Positions 1 to 9,738 of a DNA stretch of 64,000 nt are shown piece after piece. The notes beneath the pieces are model-generated. The model had not been told where the DNA came from. It did no database searches and saw only the letters and a list, made by a program, of their open reading frames with translations. The stretch's first letter is position 1, and each line of letters opens with the position of its first letter. The stretch covers positions 1,408,001-1,472,000 of the forward strand of contig OZ218778.1 in the NCBI GenBank assembly GCA_965112635.1, read 5' to 3'. A program made the translations under genes and the position numbers. The DNA comes from an uncultured bacterium. Lineage in GTDB: Bacteria > Oederibacteriota > Oederibacteriia > Oederibacteriales > Oederibacteriaceae.

Positions 1-522
1 CCTGATCAGCTCAAGGAGCTCGATGATATCCTGAGCAGAGCCTGAGTCATGCAGGGACAACCCTACGGTCTTGAGCGAGCCCCGGTCTTTGACGAGCTCA
101 GTATCCACCGGCGCTTGGCCCATCCTGCCCAGATGGGTGCGGTCCTGGGCGTAGACGGCGCCTTTAACTTGAACCCGTAAGCCGAGATGATGGTCCCGGC
201 GGTGCTTTTCCAGCCTGTAGCGGTGCCTTTTCTTGATGGCCGAAAGAGTATGCTGGACTAGCCGGGTCGGGAGCCAGGGGAGGTTTCTGCGGATGCTATC
301 GCATCCTGCGTTCCACCCCTGGCGTTTGACCTCCCGCCTGACCTCCAAAAGGGCCTTTAACTTCAGGGCCGGGGAGTGGCCTTTTCGACCAGGGTTTTGT
401 GGTTCCTGGACAAGCCAACTCCTCACGGTCCTGTCGCTGACATGGAAAAAATCAGCTGCCACGCGTTTTGCCTCCCTCGGGGTTGGATGGCTCTGGAGCC
501 ATTGTTTTAGGCTTAGGCGCAT
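1..522 (-). CDS. Element ORF3, second DDE/rve protein (partial, runs off window)
   Basis: Same sequence as the 5' part of 6560..7723. Confidence 0.85.
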   Translation of the reverse strand, partial: MRLSLKQWLQSHPTPREAKRVAADFFHVSDRTVRSWLVQEPQNPGRKGHSPALKLKALLEVRREVKRQGWNAGCDSIRRNLPWLPTRLVQHTLSAIKKRHRYRLEKHRRDHHLGLRVQVKGAVYAQDRTHLGRMGQAPVDTELVKDRGSLKTVGLSLHDSGSAQDIIELLELIR

Positions 523-1045
523 TTCTTTGGTGAGTCTTTTTTTTTCCCTTGGCCTTGCCTGGTTTAGAGTCCTCCCGGTAGGCTGGGAAGGATTTCAGGA
601 GGTCAATGAGCTCCTGCTGGATTTTCAACTGGACCTCCATTTCCCGCAGTTTCTTCTCCATGGCCTTGGCTGAGTTGCAGGCCATCAGGGCTGTGGCTCC
701 CTTGCGAGTCCTGGGCTGGGTCAACAGACCCGAGAGCATCCCTGAAACAGCCTGCTGGGACAGCTGCCATATCCGCAGGGGGGATATTTCCAGCTGTTGG
801 GCTGCTTCCTCCCGGGAAATCTGGCCCAGCCACACTTGCAGGAGGGCCACTCCTGTCCGGTGCGCCAGCTGTTTCTCCTCTTCGGTCGCCGCATTCCACA
901 GGGCTTTGACTGGAAAGGGAAATTTCGCTGGGATCTTGAACTGGGGGCGTTTCTTGCGGACCTTGTGCGGGGGCTTGAGGCTGTCCGTTACCGTCTGGGG
1001 CTGCAGGTCTTTCTGCGGTTTCTCTGGTGTTGGTTTCTCGTCCAT
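452..1045 (-). CDS. Element ORF2, HTH plus coiled-coil protein (OrfA-like)
   Basis: AAGGAGG RBS before ATG at 1045; HTH-like ISREEAAQQLEISPLRIWQL; present in both copies. Confidence 0.75.
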   Translation of the reverse strand: MDEKPTPEKPQKDLQPQTVTDSLKPPHKVRKKRPQFKIPAKFPFPVKALWNAATEEEKQLAHRTGVALLQVWLGQISREEAAQQLEISPLRIWQLSQQAVSGMLSGLLTQPRTRKGATALMACNSAKAMEKKLREMEVQLKIQQELIDLLKSFPAYREDSKPGKAKGKKKTHQRNAPKPKTMAPEPSNPEGGKTRGS

Positions 1046-2438
1046 TTTGATCCTCCTTAGGTTGTTGATTTTGTGATTGGATATGCACTTCTTCACAAGC
1101 AATTTCCCGGCGTTCTCCATCCGGGGTCAGTAATATCATTTTACCCTTTTCTCCGTGAAGGCTGACCTGTTGTTCACCAATTTGCCCCACCAGATACACG
1201 GGTTTACGCGGCTCTTCGTTGATGGCCAGGCGCAATTCGTTGTCAGTAATGGCTTTTTGGATGGATTTTCTGACTTCGGATTCGGCCTCAAAATACCGGT
1301 CAGCAGGGATCATATTATCAATTCCCTGATGCTGGCGAAAATGGTTGTAATACGCAAAGAAATGGGCCAAACGCTCCCGGGCATCGGTCAGGTCTCTAGG
1401 CTCCACTCTGCACCAAAACTCTTCGTCAACTGTTTTCCAAAAACGCTCGCATTTACCCAGGGTTTGCGGGTGGTGGGAGCGAGCCACGACATGTTTGATG
1501 CCCTGTTTTTTGAGCAGTTTCTCAAATTTGCTATGACCTCTCCAGGCAAAATATTGCCGTCCCTGGTCGGTCAGGACCTCCAGGGGTTTGCCGAAGCGGG
1601 AAACTCCTTCCTGATAGGTCTCTATCAGCGCGGCTGCAGTGGCATTGCTGAAAAGACCCCAGGAGACGATGTAGCGGCTGAAGTCGTCCATGAAAACGAC
1701 CAGGTGAACCCGCTGGCCCACCCGGTGCAAGACAAAGCTGGTGAAGTCACTTTGCCATAGTGCATTGGGGCGGCTCCGCTCAAACCGGCGGGGGAGATGC
1801 CTTTTCCGAGGACGGGCAGGGGCGGGAGATGGGGAAAAACGGCCGGACCGGTACAGGATCTTTTGGATGCTTCCAGCGCTCACCTTGAGAGCCCTGAAAC
1901 GCTTTAAAAAGTGGCCCAGACGCTTGAATCCGAACTGTGGGAATTGGTCCTTGGCCGCTATCACTGCCTGCTGAAGACCGATGGACAGGCGGCTGGTTCT
2001 TGGTTTACGCCGCTCACCTTGGTAGGGGCGCTCCAAGCCGTCAGCTCCATGGGCCTCATAAGCTATGATCCACTGGCGAAGGGTTCCCCGCGCGATACCC
2101 CAAACTTGGGAAAACGCGTCCAAGGTCATTCCTGATTTCAGGAACGCCTCACAGGCTTGCTTTCTCTGGTCCAGGCGATAGTGTGTCTGGCTGTATGCCT
2201 GAGAAAGGCTCTTGGTGAACCTAGGCTGGAGACCTTGCTCCCCATAGGCTCCATACTGCCTTTTCCACTTGTACAGGCTGACGGGAGTGATGTGGTGCTC
2301 TTGGCAGAACTCTCTGACCGGCCCTGTTCTATGCTCCAATGCCTGGAGCAGTGCCAGTTTCTGTTCTGGGGTTATGATCCTGCCTGTTACAGGGCCCCCA
2401 TGACCCTCTTCTGGCTGTGGTGCTAAAGTGCTTACCAT
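603..2438 (-). CDS. Element ORF1, transposase (tandem HTHs + rve DDE core, IS481-like)
   Basis: PNALWQSDFT, MDDFSR, LTDQG, GKCERFWKT motifs; N-terminal HTH repeats. Confidence 0.9.
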   Translation of the reverse strand: MVSTLAPQPEEGHGGPVTGRIITPEQKLALLQALEHRTGPVREFCQEHHITPVSLYKWKRQYGAYGEQGLQPRFTKSLSQAYSQTHYRLDQRKQACEAFLKSGMTLDAFSQVWGIARGTLRQWIIAYEAHGADGLERPYQGERRKPRTSRLSIGLQQAVIAAKDQFPQFGFKRLGHFLKRFRALKVSAGSIQKILYRSGRFSPSPAPARPRKRHLPRRFERSRPNALWQSDFTSFVLHRVGQRVHLVVFMDDFSRYIVSWGLFSNATAAALIETYQEGVSRFGKPLEVLTDQGRQYFAWRGHSKFEKLLKKQGIKHVVARSHHPQTLGKCERFWKTVDEEFWCRVEPRDLTDARERLAHFFAYYNHFRQHQGIDNMIPADRYFEAESEVRKSIQKAITDNELRLAINEEPRKPVYLVGQIGEQQVSLHGEKGKMILLTPDGERREIACEEVHIQSQNQQPKEDQNGRETNTRETAERPAAPDGNGQPQAPAQGPQETPPVQDPSEISLSSQSPVECGDRRGETAGAPDRSGPPASVAGPDFPGGSSPTAGNIPPADMAAVPAGCFRDALGSVDPAQDSQGSHSPDGLQLSQGHGEETAGNGGPVENPAGAH

Positions 2439-2566
2439 GATCCGTCTCCTCTCTTTGACCTTGATTCCCCTCTGGAGACGGTCTAAACTTCACTCATGCT
2501 GACACAAAAACCGGAAGTATTTTCGTTAGGCACTACAGAGCCTATAATCATTAGATTGAGGTAACC

Positions 2567-3988
2567 ATGTCTAAGATACTCCAAACACAATTAAGGGTTT
2601 TCCTGAGCATCCTGCCTGTTACTTTAGCACTTGTCCTTGGGATTTCCCTGGTCTATGGCGGCGATGCCCAGACCCATTTTCAAAAAGGGAGCCAGCTGGA
2701 AGCTACCAAGGATTATCAGGGTGCCCTGACCGAATTCCAAGCGGTTTTGGCCGCCCAACCGGATAATACGACCGCCCGAGAGCAGCTAGGTAATTGCTAT
2801 TATTATTTGGGCGATATTCCTCAAGCTCTACAAACCTATACCACCTGCCTAAAAGCTGACCCTTCCAATACCAAACTGAAAGAAATGGTAGATTATTTGA
2901 ACACCAAAGTGGCTGCTGACGCGACCTCAAACAAGGGAAACGATAACCCAACGGCGGGTATGGCAAATTCCGACCAAACGAGTGATAAAGACACAAAAGA
3001 AGTGATCAATGATTCGGACGAAGCGGACACCGATATGGATCACGAGATAGCAGATGCCTTGGGTGAAAAAGGGATTAAAAAAAAGCCATTCCATTCCCAG
3101 TGGGGCATCCGTTTACGAGGAGGTTATGGCTGGGGCCTGACCAATAATGTTTATGGACAACAAGCCACGGCGGACAACACGAATCCTATCCAATTTCCTT
3201 ATGGTTTGGGCGAAGGCATTTCCTACGGAGCCGAGATCACCTATAGCATCTCACCCAGCTTTGAAATAGGGCTAGGGGTTTTCCCTTTATCCATCAATAC
3301 CAGCGATCAAGCTTACATCCAAACGACCCTTACCGCGCAGTCTTATAATCCATCCGTCCTGCTGAACGAATTCCCGGTCATGGCCCATCTGTATAACAGC
3401 ACCCCGCTGTCCAAAGACCTGAATATTTTTACAGGTTTTGGGGTAGGAATCGTCCTAGGGCAGAATTATGTTCAGAACTCCACGACCAGCACTACGGATA
3501 TATTAACTGGGAGACTAGCTACCACCACCGGGACTTTTACGGCCAGCTACGACCCAACCGCAGCATTCCGGGGCGTTATCGGGGCTGAATACAAGCTCAA
3601 TAAACATTTCTCTTTGGCTTTGGATGTAGCTCTTTTGCTGGCCAACCTGACCGCCAACCAAACGGTTAACCAAGAAATTACCACCCATAGCGGCGGGGAG
3701 GTGGACACGACCCTCATCACCAATAATTTTGTTGCCAGTCCTCCGGTCGCTGTAGGGGCCACAACGACAGAAACCACTTCTCAAACCGGCAATAGGACCA
3801 CCACGGTCGACACCTCGGACAACGGAGTCACTCAAATCGTCACCACGACGGTAACCAACACAGCACACCCTAATATCGTCTATAGCAAAAATACGATCGA
3901 AACGAGCACGCTCCTAGCAGGTTCCAGTACGGATAATTTACATTTCAACCAGCTTTCTACCGCCTTAACTTTGATCTATAGATTTTGA
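2567..3988 (+). CDS. Secreted TPR protein with C-terminal outer-membrane beta-barrel
   Basis: Signal peptide, TPR-like helices, amphipathic strands, terminal Phe (LIYRF). Confidence 0.65.
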   Translation: MSKILQTQLRVFLSILPVTLALVLGISLVYGGDAQTHFQKGSQLEATKDYQGALTEFQAVLAAQPDNTTAREQLGNCYYYLGDIPQALQTYTTCLKADPSNTKLKEMVDYLNTKVAADATSNKGNDNPTAGMANSDQTSDKDTKEVINDSDEADTDMDHEIADALGEKGIKKKPFHSQWGIRLRGGYGWGLTNNVYGQQATADNTNPIQFPYGLGEGISYGAEITYSISPSFEIGLGVFPLSINTSDQAYIQTTLTAQSYNPSVLLNEFPVMAHLYNSTPLSKDLNIFTGFGVGIVLGQNYVQNSTTSTTDILTGRLATTTGTFTASYDPTAAFRGVIGAEYKLNKHFSLALDVALLLANLTANQTVNQEITTHSGGEVDTTLITNNFVASPPVAVGATTTETTSQTGNRTTTVDTSDNGVTQIVTTTVTNTAHPNIVYSKNTIETSTLLAGSSTDNLHFNQLSTALTLIYRF

Positions 3989-4004
3989 TATAAAAGGCTA
4001 AAAA

Positions 4005-4976
4005 ATGTCCTTTAGAGCTTTGCGTTTGAATAACCTAAAATTCATCGTCTACTCAACAGGTATCTTTATTCTGGTCTCCCCCGGGCATACCTCCAGCTCT
4101 GCAGGCGTTATCTACAGTTGGGGGGTGAATTATTACGGTGCAGAAGCGACCGCCTCCCTAGACCTGGACAAAGATGCGGTCTGGAACACCGGCTTGGACT
4201 ACAGCTACGGCAACAGCACCGATTCCACCACCCCGAGTATCACGAACCAGATCACTCTCAGTCTGACGCGCAGTGTGGAAGAGACCTGGGAATATGAAAG
4301 TTCCGCAACCTACTCCGCCGACACCACCAACGGCATTTATTTTGCCGGCCCCAGCTTGGAGGTCTCCTACACGGCGAACAAGTCCTCCGCCAAAGACGAT
4401 GAGAACCTCTTGTCCGATGACGCGGACGATGAGCTTTGGAGCTGTTCGCTCACAGGTAACATCTATGGGTACCAGGCCAATGTGGGCCAATATTCCGCTA
4501 CGGGCCTTAACAAAAAGGGGCTGGATTATACCTATATGGAGGGGACGGGCGTACTTTACGACACCCAGTTTAATCCCCGCCTTGATCTTGAAGTCCCTCT
4601 CTGGGCCGGCCTGCTGACCCCGTCCGTTTCTTATAGTCATTATTTCTACTCATCGGACCCGGCCGTCATCGCGGGCATCATCAATAAACGATTCAGTTCC
4701 AGTCCGGCAGCAGCTCAGATCAACAACCTGGTCGGAAGGTTGTACTACAACTCCTGGCAAGGGGTCCTTATGGCTGAACTGCCCTGGAATATCATGGTGG
4801 ACGGAAACTATGGACAGCAGGAGTTGGTCAGCCCGGATACCTGGATCAGTTCGTATGGCGCTGACTTTGCGGTAAAATTCCTGGATAAATTGCGTGCCAA
4901 ATTGTCCTTCTCCGAAACGGATCAGACCGGCACTTTTCAGGATGTCTATTCGGCGGGTTTGACCTACACCTTTTAA
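4005..4976 (+). CDS. Putative outer-membrane beta-barrel protein
   Basis: Tyr/Gly/Ser-rich strands, C-terminal GLTYTF signature. Confidence 0.55.
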   Translation: MSFRALRLNNLKFIVYSTGIFILVSPGHTSSSAGVIYSWGVNYYGAEATASLDLDKDAVWNTGLDYSYGNSTDSTTPSITNQITLSLTRSVEETWEYESSATYSADTTNGIYFAGPSLEVSYTANKSSAKDDENLLSDDADDELWSCSLTGNIYGYQANVGQYSATGLNKKGLDYTYMEGTGVLYDTQFNPRLDLEVPLWAGLLTPSVSYSHYFYSSDPAVIAGIINKRFSSSPAAAQINNLVGRLYYNSWQGVLMAELPWNIMVDGNYGQQELVSPDTWISSYGADFAVKFLDKLRAKLSFSETDQTGTFQDVYSAGLTYTF

Positions 4977-6532
4977 TGTAAGATAACGAACTTTCCCATC
5001 ACCCGGTAATCGACGCTCCCTTTTTTCGCCTCCACCCAGTAGTAGTACACGCCGTTGGATAGCGCATTGCCCTGGCCATCCTTGAGGTCCAACGGCAGGG
5101 TATAAGCATACTGGGCGATCCCGTTATTGATCACTCCCTGCAGATTGGACGACCCATTGAGGTCGGTAAGATAAATGGACCGCACCATCCGGATGGAGAG
5201 CGTATAGATCCGTACCGTGAGATTATCCGGAACATCGGTCATCCTCATATAAAGCATGATCTGCTTTGAATATTTGACCGGATTAGGATACGGGCAGTGT
5301 TCCACGATCTGCAGGATATCGCTAGGCGTGGGCGTGAGGGTTGAGGTCAAAGTAACCGTCCCAGTCTGGGTCGGTGTGCAGGATGCGCTCAGTGTATTGG
5401 TGATGGTCGCGGTCGTAGAGCTGGTCAAAGTCTGGCTTGATGTCACGGTCTGGGAAAAAGTCAGCGTGGCTGTTTTTGTCGCGGAAGGGGTCGGGGTCTG
5501 ACTGATGGTAAAAGTTTGAGTGTTGGTATAAGTGGTGCTCGGGGTCAACGTCTGAGTAAAGGTGGAGGTCACGGTGGGCGTGGATTCTACGAGCTTCCAC
5601 ACACCGCCGCCGTCGGTCCCAAGATATAAAGTGCTGTTGGCCGTATCAAAAGTAATGCGCTGGGGACTGCTGTAGGGCACTCCTGTCACACGCGCCCAGC
5701 TCGTCCCTGCATTGAGGCTTTCGTAAAGGCCCTGCGCCTCGGTGGAAAGGAAGACCCGGTTGGTGTTTTGAGGATCGATCAGAGGCGACATCCCGTCATA
5801 GTAAGGAAAATCGCTCGGCAAAGTCAACTTGGCCCAATGAGTCCCGCCATCCGACGTTTTATAAATGCCCCCCTGAGCTTGAAAATGGGAACCAGGCGGC
5901 GGGTCATAGACTCCGTCGCTCGCCGCAATGTAGATCACACTGCTATGATTGGGGTCCACATCGAATTGCATCGGCGAATACAAAGGAATACCGCCGTGCA
6001 GGGTATCCACACTGGTCGCGATGTTCTGCCAAGTGGTCCCTCCATTGGTGGATTTAAAAAGACCGCCGGCATCCGCGTAGGTGTACGGTGAGGAAGAGGT
6101 CGCTCTCGGCCCCAACAAGCAGAACAAAGTGCCGTCCTGGTGCAGCTTAAGCAGGTAGGTGTGATGATTCTGGCCGATGGAGATCGCCGCGGTCGCGTTC
6201 CAGGAAGCGCCGGAGTTGGTGGACTTATAGACTCCGCCTCCCCACATGGACACATAAAGGGTCGCCGGCGAACTGCTCGTATCCGAAATAATAGAACAAG
6301 CCGGATAAGGTTCAGGAGGGTTGGGACCGGCAGGCAGGCCGCTGGACGAATCAGACCAGGTCACTCCCTGGTCCGTACTTTTCCAGACCCCTCCGTATCC
6401 CCAGGTCCCCGAAGCCGTGGCGTCAAAAGGCTTGTGGGGAATATCGTGCTGGCCCGACATGGCCGCGTAGACCACATTAGGCTGTGAGGGATCAAAAGCC
6501 AGCTGGTAGATCGTATTGGCCAGATTAGGTTT
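4973..6532 (-). pseudogene. 5'-truncated BNR/Asp-box beta-propeller protein with Thr-rich linker and T9SS-like C-terminal domain
   Basis: Repeated KS(T)xxGxxW Asp boxes; YPNP...NGVYYY...GKFVILH tail; ORF runs into the IS end at 6533 with no signal peptide. Confidence 0.8.
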
Positions 6533-6559
6533 TGTAGTGCCCACGATATTTCTTCCGGC

Positions 6560-7723
6560 TTAGCCAGCTAGGGAAGTCGACCGCAGAGGGGTTTGTAACC
6601 CATATGCTACGACTTGCCGGACAGCAGTAACGCCATCCTTGAAAACAACTAGAGCCTTTCTGACGCCGTTTGACGCCTCCAATGTATCCCTTTGCATCTC
6701 AGAATGCAAGACGCTCATCTTTGGTCTGATGACTTGTGCCAGGCCGTACGCCTCAAGTAGGTCGTAGACGGCGATGCGCCAGGCATAATGCAACTGCCTT
6801 TTAGTCATACCGGGACGCTCAACATCACGCATGGCAGCCTTAGCGCGTGCGTAGAACTCATCCCTTGTGACGCGTTCTTGCCAGTGAGGCATCGTGCGGT
6901 GGAGACATGAGGCGGTTTGATATCCCTTAGATGCGCGCAAGCGACCATCGTCCAGCGTGTGGATGGCCTGGAACAGCCTGGTTTGCGCTTCCAAGAGATT
7001 CGTGAATATCACCCCCTTTCCGAGTTGGGATTCGGCTTTGAGTTCGCCGAAATATCTTTCAACAGCGCCGTTGTCCTGGGCGCAGTAAGGCCGGGACGGC
7101 AGGGCAATGACCTTATGCCTGGCCAAGTAGGACAGGACAGCATCACTGCGATACGCTGAGCCGTTGTCAGTCATCCAAACCAGAGGCAGGCCGTTCGTCT
7201 GCCTGATCAGCTCAAGGAGCTCGATGATATCCTGAGCAGAGCCTGAGTCATGCAGGGACAACCCTACGGTCTTGAGCGAGCCCCGGTCTTTGACGAGCTC
7301 AGTATCCACCGGCGCTTGGCCCATCCTGCCCAGATGGGTGCGGTCCTGGGCGTAGACGGCGCCTTTAACTTGAACCCGTAAGCCGAGATGATGGTCCCGG
7401 CGGTGCTTTTCCAGCCTGTAGCGGTGCCTTTTCTTGATGGCCGAAAGAGTATGCTGGACTAGCCGGGTCGGGAGCCAGGGGAGGTTTCTGCGGATGCTAT
7501 CGCATCCTGCGTTCCACCCCTGGCGTTTGACCTCCCGCCTGACCTCCAAAAGGGCCTTTAACTTCAGGGCCGGGGAGTGGCCTTTTCGACCAGGGTTTTG
7601 TGGTTCCTGGACAAGCCAACTCCTCACGGTCCTGTCGCTGACATGGAAAAAATCAGCTGCCACGCGTTTTGCCTCCCTCGGGGTTGGATGGCTCTGGAGC
7701 CATTGTTTTAGGCTTAGGCGCAT
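6560..7723 (-). CDS. Element ORF3, HTH + rve DDE integrase-core protein
   Basis: VSDRTVRSW HTH; AQDRTH, MTDNGS, NGAVERYFGELK motifs. Confidence 0.85.
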   Translation of the reverse strand: MRLSLKQWLQSHPTPREAKRVAADFFHVSDRTVRSWLVQEPQNPGRKGHSPALKLKALLEVRREVKRQGWNAGCDSIRRNLPWLPTRLVQHTLSAIKKRHRYRLEKHRRDHHLGLRVQVKGAVYAQDRTHLGRMGQAPVDTELVKDRGSLKTVGLSLHDSGSAQDIIELLELIRQTNGLPLVWMTDNGSAYRSDAVLSYLARHKVIALPSRPYCAQDNGAVERYFGELKAESQLGKGVIFTNLLEAQTRLFQAIHTLDDGRLRASKGYQTASCLHRTMPHWQERVTRDEFYARAKAAMRDVERPGMTKRQLHYAWRIAVYDLLEAYGLAQVIRPKMSVLHSEMQRDTLEASNGVRKALVVFKDGVTAVRQVVAYGLQTPLRSTSLAG

Positions 7724-8246
7724 TTCTTTGGTGAGTCTTTTTTTTTCCCTTGGCCTTGCCTGGTTTAGAGTCCTCCCGGTAGGCTGGGAAGGATTTCAGG
7801 AGGTCAATGAGCTCCTGCTGGATTTTCAACTGGACCTCCATTTCCCGCAGTTTCTTCTCCATGGCCTTGGCTGAGTTGCAGGCCATCAGGGCTGTGGCTC
7901 CCTTGCGAGTCCTGGGCTGGGTCAACAGACCCGAGAGCATCCCTGAAACAGCCTGCTGGGACAGCTGCCATATCCGCAGGGGGGATATTTCCAGCTGTTG
8001 GGCTGCTTCCTCCCGGGAAATCTGGCCCAGCCACACTTGCAGGAGGGCCACTCCTGTCCGGTGCGCCAGCTGTTTCTCCTCTTCGGTCGCCGCATTCCAC
8101 AGGGCTTTGACTGGAAAGGGAAATTTCGCTGGGATCTTGAACTGGGGGCGTTTCTTGCGGACCTTGTGCGGGGGCTTGAGGCTGTCCGTTACCGTCTGGG
8201 GCTGCAGGTCTTTCTGCGGTTTCTCTGGTGTTGGTTTCTCGTCCAT
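7653..8246 (-). CDS. Element ORF2, HTH plus coiled-coil protein
   Basis: Identical to 452..1045. Confidence 0.75.
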   Translation of the reverse strand: MDEKPTPEKPQKDLQPQTVTDSLKPPHKVRKKRPQFKIPAKFPFPVKALWNAATEEEKQLAHRTGVALLQVWLGQISREEAAQQLEISPLRIWQLSQQAVSGMLSGLLTQPRTRKGATALMACNSAKAMEKKLREMEVQLKIQQELIDLLKSFPAYREDSKPGKAKGKKKTHQRNAPKPKTMAPEPSNPEGGKTRGS

Positions 8247-9639
8247 TTTGATCCTCCTTAGGTTGTTGATTTTGTGATTGGATATGCACTTCTTCACAAG
8301 CAATTTCCCGGCGTTCTCCATCCGGGGTCAGTAATATCATTTTACCCTTTTCTCCGTGAAGGCTGACCTGTTGTTCACCAATTTGCCCCACCAGATACAC
8401 GGGTTTACGCGGCTCTTCGTTGATGGCCAGGCGCAATTCGTTGTCAGTAATGGCTTTTTGGATGGATTTTCTGACTTCGGATTCGGCCTCAAAATACCGG
8501 TCGGCAGGGATCATATTATCGATCCCCTGATGCTGGCGAAAGTGATTGTAGTGCGCGAAGAAATGGGCCAACCGTTCCCTGGCTTCGGTCAGATCCTTAG
8601 GCTCCACCCTGCACCAAAACTCATCATTGACGGTTTTCCAAAGCCGCTCGCATTTGCCGACTGTCTGGGGGTGGTGGGAACGGGCCACGACTTGCTTGAT
8701 ACCCTGTTTTTTGAGCAGCTTTTCAAACTCCCCATGGCCTCTCCAGGAAAAATATTGCGGTCCCTGGTCGGTCAAAACCTCCAGTGGTTTGCCAAAACGG
8801 GAAACACCCTCCTGAAAGGTCTGTATCACGGCATCCGCAGAGGCACGAGTGGTAAGGCCCCAGGAGATGACGTAGCGGCTGAAATCATCCAGGAAAACGA
8901 CCAGGTAGGCCCGCAGTCCCTGCCGGTGCAGGACAAAGCTGGTGATGTCGCTTTGCCATAGCTCGTTGGGACGACTTCGCTCAAACCGGCGGGGGAGATG
9001 CCTTTTCCGAGGACGGGCAGGGGCGGGAGATGGGGAAAAACGGCCGGACCGGTACAGGATCTTTTGGATGCTTCCAGCGCTCACCTTGAGAGCCCTGAAA
9101 CGCTTTAGAAAATGGCCCAGGCGCTTGAACCCATAGTACGGGAATTGGTCTTTGGCCTCTATCACCGCCTGCTGAAGACTGCTGGGTAGACGGCTTGTTT
9201 TTGGCTTGAGGAGTTTGCTTTGAAATGGCCGCTCCAAGCCACGAACTCCATTGGCCTCATAGGCTTTGACCCACTGCCGCAGGGTGGCCTGCCCGATGCC
9301 CCAAACCTTGGAAAAGGCATCCTGGGACATACCTGATTTTAGGTATGCTTCGCAGGCCTGTTTTCTTTGGTCCAGGCGATAGTGTGTATGGCTGGGTCTC
9401 TGAGAAAGCTTCCCCTTGAAATTGGCCTGAAGCCCTTGAGCACCATAGGCCTCAAACTGCTTTTTCCACCTGTACAGGGTTGTGGTGGTTATACCGTGCT
9501 CGCGGCAAAAGTCCTTGACCGAACCTTGTGTGCGCTCAGATGCTTGGAGAAATGTCAGCTTCTGTTCTGGGGATAGGAGCTTAACGGCTCCTGGCACTCC
9601 CTGATCCCCTCCCGTCTGTTCGTTCTGGATGTCTGTCAT
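7804..9639 (-). CDS. Element ORF1, transposase variant
   Basis: PNELWQSDIT, LDDFSR, LTDQG, GKCERLWKT; 611 aa like copy 1. Confidence 0.9.
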   Translation of the reverse strand: MTDIQNEQTGGDQGVPGAVKLLSPEQKLTFLQASERTQGSVKDFCREHGITTTTLYRWKKQFEAYGAQGLQANFKGKLSQRPSHTHYRLDQRKQACEAYLKSGMSQDAFSKVWGIGQATLRQWVKAYEANGVRGLERPFQSKLLKPKTSRLPSSLQQAVIEAKDQFPYYGFKRLGHFLKRFRALKVSAGSIQKILYRSGRFSPSPAPARPRKRHLPRRFERSRPNELWQSDITSFVLHRQGLRAYLVVFLDDFSRYVISWGLTTRASADAVIQTFQEGVSRFGKPLEVLTDQGPQYFSWRGHGEFEKLLKKQGIKQVVARSHHPQTVGKCERLWKTVNDEFWCRVEPKDLTEARERLAHFFAHYNHFRQHQGIDNMIPADRYFEAESEVRKSIQKAITDNELRLAINEEPRKPVYLVGQIGEQQVSLHGEKGKMILLTPDGERREIACEEVHIQSQNQQPKEDQNGRETNTRETAERPAAPDGNGQPQAPAQGPQETPPVQDPSEISLSSQSPVECGDRRGETAGAPDRSGPPASVAGPDFPGGSSPTAGNIPPADMAAVPAGCFRDALGSVDPAQDSQGSHSPDGLQLSQGHGEETAGNGGPVENPAGAH

Positions 9640-9738
9640 TATCCGTCTCCTCTCTTTCCCCTTGAATTCCCTCTGGAGACGGTCTAAACTTCACTCATGC
9701 TGACACAAAAACCGGAAGTATTTTCGTTAGGCACTACA

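Larger units (their letters stand above)
1..2537 (-). mobile_element. Three-ORF IS481/IS3-like element, copy 1 (left part outside window)
   Basis: Collinear with 7202-9738 (offset 7201); ends in ...CCGGAAGTATTTTCGTTAGGCACTACA at 2537 (TGT terminus on minus strand). Confidence 0.9.
6533..9738 (-). mobile_element. Three-ORF IS481/IS3-like element, copy 2 (complete, 3206 bp)
   Basis: Imperfect TIRs TGTAGTGCCCACGATATTTCTTCCGG (6533) and revcomp TGTAGTGCCTAACGAAAATACTTCCGG (ending 9738); no target duplication. Confidence 0.92.
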
